A DNA stretch of 64,000 bases from Oikopleura dioica. Its lineage: Eukaryota; Animalia; Chordata. Positions 57,301 through 64,000 of the stretch are shown one piece after another (the first letter of the stretch is position 1; every line of letters begins with the position of its first letter). The notes below the pieces were generated by a model. The model saw only the letters and a program-made list of their open reading frames with translations, had not been told where the DNA came from and made no database searches. Made by a program: the position numbers and the translations under genes. The stretch is taken from NCBI GenBank assembly GCA_907165135.1, contig OU015566.1, forward strand, positions 9,796,001 through 9,860,000, in the 5' to 3' direction.

Positions 57301-60300
57301 CCAATTTTCAACAACTTTTTGAGGCACTCGTGAATCAGTATTTTACAGGATTTGCGGATTAAAAGACCACGCTTACGTCGAAATAAGGTACAGTAGTTTC
57401 TACTGTGAGACTTTCATGACGGCGCAAGTGTACTTTTACTGCGTCAAATCCAGTAATATTGACTGGCGAATAGCATTCAAAAGCTGTGAACCCTTAATTT
57501 CTGTTTCTAATAGAATACTTTTTCGAGTATCAAATTGAATCTATCCGCGAAGAAGCCGACCAGTAGATATATTTTGATCGCTTATATAAAAGGTCTTTGC
57601 TGATGGTTGAGAGATTGGTGGTTTTTTAAAAAGAAGAAGATTGAGAAAAAGATTGCCATTCGAAAAATTATTCCGCCGAACGGTAGGGAAACCTTATCCG
57701 GTAATTCGTTTATCGCATTTTTACACGCTCAAGAATCTTGATGCACAAACATGGGATCTTTATTAGCAAGGATGAGGGTGATCGAAATACGTGAGATGCA
57801 TTAGACACGCAATATAGCTTTTTATGAACGAAAAAAGACACCAAAAAAAGAACGGTTTTGAAAAATGAAAATCGCGAAGAAAAAGTAAAAAATCAAAGTT
57901 TGCAAATTGCTCGAATTTGAATCAAATATCAAATGATCGGGCACTTGAAATTTTCAAATTTTCATCTGATGAAAAAATTTCGTTCTCATTGAAATCAAAG
58001 AACCTAATCTGGGTCGATGATGACTCCTCAGAATTGCTAACTAATGAAAACTTCGTACGGAAATCTCAGAATCAAAAGGCTGGACAGTTTTAGCTTTAAC
58101 AGAGTGAGTCCCATATTTTCTTCTTATAAATAAATTAAGACTTTTGTCAGGCTAAGGGTCGACTTTCTTAGCTAAAAGGAGACATGGGTAAAGAGAAAGA
58201 AGATACGGCGATTTCATGCCCTTTTATGTCTCTTATAAGATCTGCATTGTATCTAAATTGAGAACTCGGCGTGAAATGAACGAGACGGCGGCGACTGTTG
58301 ACTTAATTTACCCCGTTGTGTAGGCCCTTTCAGCCCTCGCCGCTGATAATACTCGGGTCCGGGTCTCCCGTCACTTCGCGGAAAAAAAGAAGACCGCTGC
58401 TGATTAGAATAGAAAAAAATTCAAAGCGAGATTCTAAACACTTTCTTTCTCCAACACCTTTTTTCGAAAAAAAAATCGCACAAAGAAAAATTCCTGGCTG
58501 ATTGATTACGCAGACTTTGCCAAACCTTAAAAAACGTTGGATGAGATTTCGAAAAATGTTTAAAAACAGTGGCTCGTTGCGACTTCTTTGTTTGTTCAAC
58601 AAACGTAATTGTTTGGTTTCGAAGATGACGTTGTGGTTAAAACGGGGAGAATCGACGCTCGAATTTATTCAAAATTGAAAATGAGAATTGAATTGCGACA
58701 ATTTTTCATGCAATCTGATTGGCCTACCGACCGTATGAGGGTCTCTGATTGATCTTAATTATACCTAAATTTTGGTCAAAATTGTCGTATTCTTATGGTG
58801 ATTCGTGCTTTCTTCCCGAAAAAGCAATAAAATATTAGCTTTAGTCTATAGAATACATGCTCTTATGAACACAACTTATGGGTCTTCATTTGAAATTCGT
58901 CCACGTACGATCTTTTGATTAGGAGAGATCTTATATCAGCGATTTCCCTTTTTATCCCCTTGGGATTGATCCAGCAAGTCTAGGATTAAAGAATGCGAGA
59001 ATTGGCTGAGTAGAGCGGAAGCGCTGGCACGTGGGCTCCGCATTATCCGAGAACAAGCTCCCTTTCCGCTAGAACAAGAGTACAAGCGACATGTCTAGAT
59101 ACCATTGCATAAGGTAAAAACACAATTTTGATAAATTATCGAGTATTTCGAAAAGAAAAGCGAACTGAAGTTTGCAATTTAATTTTTGAAAACCTGAGTC
59201 AGGTTTCAGAGCCTTACTCAGGTTTTCTCCAGAGATTGCCGGTTCAAGTAAATAAATTTTCGATTTAAATCAACCTTCTTTTGTTCCGATAGAACCTATT
59301 TTTGATCTAAAAATTCCTCGAAAAATGACCGACTCTATGAAATCATCGGTTAGAATGGCTCTTTCCAAAAGCGCAGGGGGTCAGAACTGTCACAAATTTG
59401 AAATTAAGTGAAATGTCCCCGTCAGAGCTGTGGTCAGAAGAGAAAGTCGCTTTGCAAAACTGTTCACGTTGCGTCACACTCGAATACATTCAGAATAATT
59501 ATTGAAATTATCCGTTTTGTTGATGATAGTCTTGACGACCTTGCTCAAAAAATCTTGGTCTTGATTATAACAAATGGGAAATCCACAAGATTTTTTTTCG
59601 AAAAATAAAGAAAAGATGAAATGAGCACGTTGATGGGCAGTTTTTGGGCCAACTTTGACGGGCAAGAATAAATATTTCTACTTTAAATTCGAAAAACGCA
59701 CTTGTTAATAGTAAGAACTAGGATGGATCTTAAACATAAGCATTCATGGACTTCGTTACCATTTACAGATACCCGGAATTCAAGCTCAAAGTAGGCCTCA
59801 GCGATGACTATACCCTAAAACTGCTTTTGTTAGAGGAGAAGGCATAAATCGACAAAAATGCTAGAGTTTTGATAATAATTTTGGTCAATTTTGGACCAAT
59901 CAGATATCCGCAATTGGGCAGGAAGTCAATCAGATTTACGAAAAGATCTCTCGAAATTCAACTTTTTCGTCGATTTGAACTACTAGGCGAAAAAACACGC
60001 ATAAAAAAATAGTTTCAAAGATTCAAAAAATTTTCAAAAAGCGACTTCAATGAATTTTCGAGACCAAACTTTTATGAACCGATTTGATTTTATCATTCTT
60101 AAATTGAAAGAATTTTCTTATAAAATCGACTTTTCCCCCTTTGAAATCGAAAATAAACGATGAATTATCGATATTACGGAGAACAATATTGTGTCTCTTT
60201 GTTCTTTATTTTGATTTTTTACAATCAGCCGAAATTAATTAAATTTGGATTATGTGAGCGTGGTGAAAACGCTTACCGGAAAGGATGATTTCTAAATATG

Positions 60301-63300
60301 TTTTTTCTGCTACGCGAGTGGCGCGCGTTTTTTGAGTAGTTGAATGTTAAGCGAACTAGTAATGTGGATCTGTTTAAGGATAAACGCCAGATTTAGAAAA
60401 GCGCAGTTTTGCCGGAAACAACTTTTTTCACTTGCTCAGGTTCACTTTTTCAATTCCCGCTTTTTTACAAAGCCTAAACATTTCTGAGCATTCCAAATAA
60501 GACGAAAGCTACAGACGACAAGCGTCGTTTTTTTTTGTAAAAATCTGTCGGAAAGAATGTTTCCTAGGTTAATTTTCATGAAAATTACGATCAAAAAAGG
60601 CGAAATTTAAAAAAAGGGGCCCAATTTTTTGGACCGGCAATCATTTTTTTGAATGATTCTGAACCGACTAAAAATTTTATGCGAATTTGGTGTAAAATTT
60701 GACAATAATTTTCGTTCAAATATTCGCTTTTCTAATCGAATCGAGCCATTATTCTTTTATTTTTTATGAAAAAAATGTGTCAATCTCAAGAAAAAAAAAT
60801 AAAAAAAAGAGAATATTTTGTTTTTAATTTTCTTCGCGATTTTTATTTCTCAAGGCAATCTTCTTAATTTTTCCAAATCTCTCTCTTTTTCTATCAAATT
60901 TCATTCTTTTTGACCGATATTCGTTATTTTTTCGTTTCTTTCTTTTTCGTAAATCTCTCAACCACGTTCCTGATGTAAAAAGCACGGAGTATCCAAAAAC
61001 ACGCAAAGATAAAAAATTTTAATCGAGCAAAAATAATAATGGCGATTTTTCGACTATTTTTTCGAGCTACCACGCTGAAGGAGGAGGCGCGCGAGAGTTC
61101 GTTTCGCGAAAGCTCCGAGGGCGCTCGTCAGCCACAGATTGGTATTTGCGCATCGACGCAAAATGCGCCGCGTTTGGCTTTTGCGCGGAAATGGCAGCAG
61201 AGAGCTTAGCTTTGAGAAGGCCTTTGTACAATATGTTTTTTTTAATTAACGTATCATTTTTAAATACGGTCATTATACACACTTGTTTTGTATATTGTAA
61301 GTTAATAGGTGTGCAGAATTCTGAGAAGATAATGACTGAAAATATTTCAGTTAATTAGCCATAATGAAACTGAATGTTGACTTCAAAATTAACTGACTTG
61401 CAAAATTAAAAATGATTTTGAGCTCTGTACTTTATTCTTAAAATAAATCTTTCGACGACGGGTTTCAGTTTTCTAGTAGAAAAATACTTGAGCCGCCTTC
61501 TTTTGCTCAAAACCGCAAATTCTAGAGCGAAAATTATAAAAAAGAAACTTGCGGCTTTCAGAAAAAAGACGGAAAAGCCGCGCTTTCAAGCTGCAAGTAC
61601 GCATTCTTACTCAGTTTTTAAGACATTCCAAAAGAGATAATTCTACTTCTACAAGCTCTTGATCATCAGCTGCCTTGGATTTATCCAATAAACTCTTGGA
61701 CGATTACGGCAGAGTTGTTTGTATTATCTGCTTTGTCAAAACTCGTGGCGAAGGGGCCGGCACTCAATCTGCAGCTTTGGCTCGAGATCATGCTCGGCCA
61801 GCAACGCAATTAGCCACTACTTACTGATGACACTGTGCAAACAACTCCTTCTTCATCCGTATCTTCTTTTCGTGCACAAAAAATTAACGGAGGTCTTCTA
61901 CGAAAATTCCGTTAAAGTGCTGGGGAGTGTGTCCGATCGGCTTTTTACATGGGTGGGATTGATCACAAATATCATCTCGTTTGAAATTGCGTCGTGAGTT
62001 AGACGACTCACGCTACAAATTGAAAAGATGTATGTTATTAAATTTCTAGTAGTAAAATCAACAGACGCCGTTGAACACACCCCACCTTTTTTACTGGATG
62101 TTTTCAATGTATCTTTCGAAATAAGCCACTTTTTGAAGAGAAAGACGGAAAACAACGACCGTCGCGATTGGCGAAAGTGTTTGTGAGAAGACGTGGGGGT
62201 CCTTAATTTGAGAATTAAAATTAGAAGAGGCTCAGAACGTGTTCTAATCCCTTTATACGCGTGAACGCACTCTGAGTGGATCAACACTCGGACTTATCTG
62301 AACACATTCAACAGCGTGGACGCTCCACCCTGTCACCCAACAACACGATCACAGATCAACCCGAACAAAGATATCTTTCTTCTCATGCACCCGTGTGTTG
62401 ACCCTTTTTCTTCGCCATTGTTACGTTTTACAGCATTTTCGCCGATAAAACACGCATCTGCAAGCAAAACTAATCAACCGTAATGCCCTGGTCAAGAAAA
62501 AGTGCCGAGTAGCGGAAAAGGGGGTATTGGTGAACCGCAGTAGGTCGAGCCAGCCGAAATCGAATTGAATTTCGCGTCAGCTAAGGCGTCAAATTGAAGC
62601 CGCAGAAGCTGGACCGTGCTGCTCCCTTGCGGTATTTCTAACCTTTCCTCACAAAAGAAAAACTAAGACCAAAAACCTTCCTCACTTGGTTTCCTCCGTG
62701 AACAGCTGGTTGCGTCCTGACTGTGAGAACGAGCAGAGGAACACGGTTTTTCGTGATTGAAAACGGGCGTCAAAACACGTCGGATCGCAGCTAAGTGCTC
62801 TATAAAGTTAATGTCAGGACAACCATACTTGTGGTGGCTTATCATTTTTACTTACATGTTAACTTTTAGACCAACTCAAAACAAGATAATCTAAATAGTT
62901 TCTTTCGGATTTAACCCAGAAAAAAACACACCAAAATCCTTCCCTCACTTCTTCCTTCACAACAGTATAAAAAGTTTATTCAACTATTGATGAGTCAAGA
63001 TAATTAACTTTCATAGAACCCGACATTGAGAAATAAAGACGTGAGTTCATCTTGAGTCGGATGAAAATTTAATATCAATTTATCCCTTTTCGGATTTATG
63101 CTCACTCAAATTTCATTCAAGAAATTTTTTCTCGAATTTGCCCAGTCAAGCTTTCTGGGGATCAACTCGGTTTGCAACTGAAGCGGAAGAATGACAGGAT
63201 CAGAAAATGTAAACTCGCAACAAATCATCTTTTCGTCAAAATTGAAACCACCGCCTGGTCGATTAGGGGCTGGCCGCCATTCGCGATCAAGAGATTATTC

Positions 63301-64000
63301 ACCCGTTGATCCGTCTGATGCGGATAACGTCGCTCAATTCGACCCTGTTCAATTCCACCATAAATACGATTCTTATCGCCTTGCTTATAAACTTTGATAA
63401 TCGCATTAGAAATTAAAAAAATCTTCACTCTGCATTTATCGGAGGAGGAGATTTTCAGCGAGTCGATTATTCGAAATTTTTTTCGTTTCCCTGATCGTAT
63501 CTTAGATTTTTTTTTCGCGTAACTTGTTGATGAAAATGAATTTTATTTACAAACAAAACCTGACTTGATAAATTGGGATCCGAACCTTCTACCAAAAACA
63601 TTTATATCGGTTGATTCTTGACAGATGTGTTAGATGTCATCTAAGATTCAATGACTCTATCGTTTGATTCGTGTTTTGGCTAATTGAAGAAGAATTGCTT
63701 GTTGTTGGCATCCAACTAATTCCAACCAGCAAAAGCATGGATTGTTGTATTAGAGAGTTGTACGTGGAGTTGGAAAAGAGTTAGTTACGCAATACGCCTT
63801 GTCCGGGAAACTGGCTTTTTACTGGCTTTGCGCTCGCGTCGGGTGACAGAACGCACCGAAACTCTAAACAATTCCGACGATTAACTCTAACTTGCTTAAA
63901 AATACAAATACTTGCGTTTAGAATTATTGTAAAGAACATGGCTCATCGTGATGCTAATCTGCCTTTTGATCACTTTTTGCTTGTTGGATAACTTCTTTTG
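51400..64000. other. AT-rich, gene-poor region (long intergenic/intronic DNA)
   Basis: Only short motif-less ORFs over ~12.6 kb, against roughly one gene per 2 kb elsewhere in the window. Confidence 0.6.

Overview
This is compact animal genomic DNA with many ~40-nt introns, several GA/GG splice donors and operon-like gene spacing. That is most consistent with the larvacean tunicate Oikopleura; the species assignment is an inference. 1-1559 is the 3' part of a hAT DNA transposon. Its transposase gene has three introns, and it sits in an intron of a host gene. From ~2.4 to 40.2 kb there is a run of co-oriented + strand genes: unknown, UBA2/SAE2, a Kelch-like gene, COQ6, ANKRD16, UQCRQ, PPP4R2, two tandem GDPGP1 paralogues, two coiled-coil genes, CFAP97-like, ATP5MG, HIG1-domain and NUP160. 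UBA2 is cut inside a coding exon by a full-length Ty3/gypsy element (4412-10900; identical 256-bp LTRs, TCTT target duplication). It also carries a 575-bp foldback MITE in its last intron. Three small antisense genes are nested in introns of + strand hosts. 40-50 kb holds an FMO, GMPPA, a small Lys/Thr-rich surface protein and a PKG-type kinase with no recognisable cGMP-binding domains. 50-64 kb is AT-rich and nearly gene-free. No tRNA, rRNA or CRISPR array was found. Exon structures were assembled by eye and need transcript confirmation.
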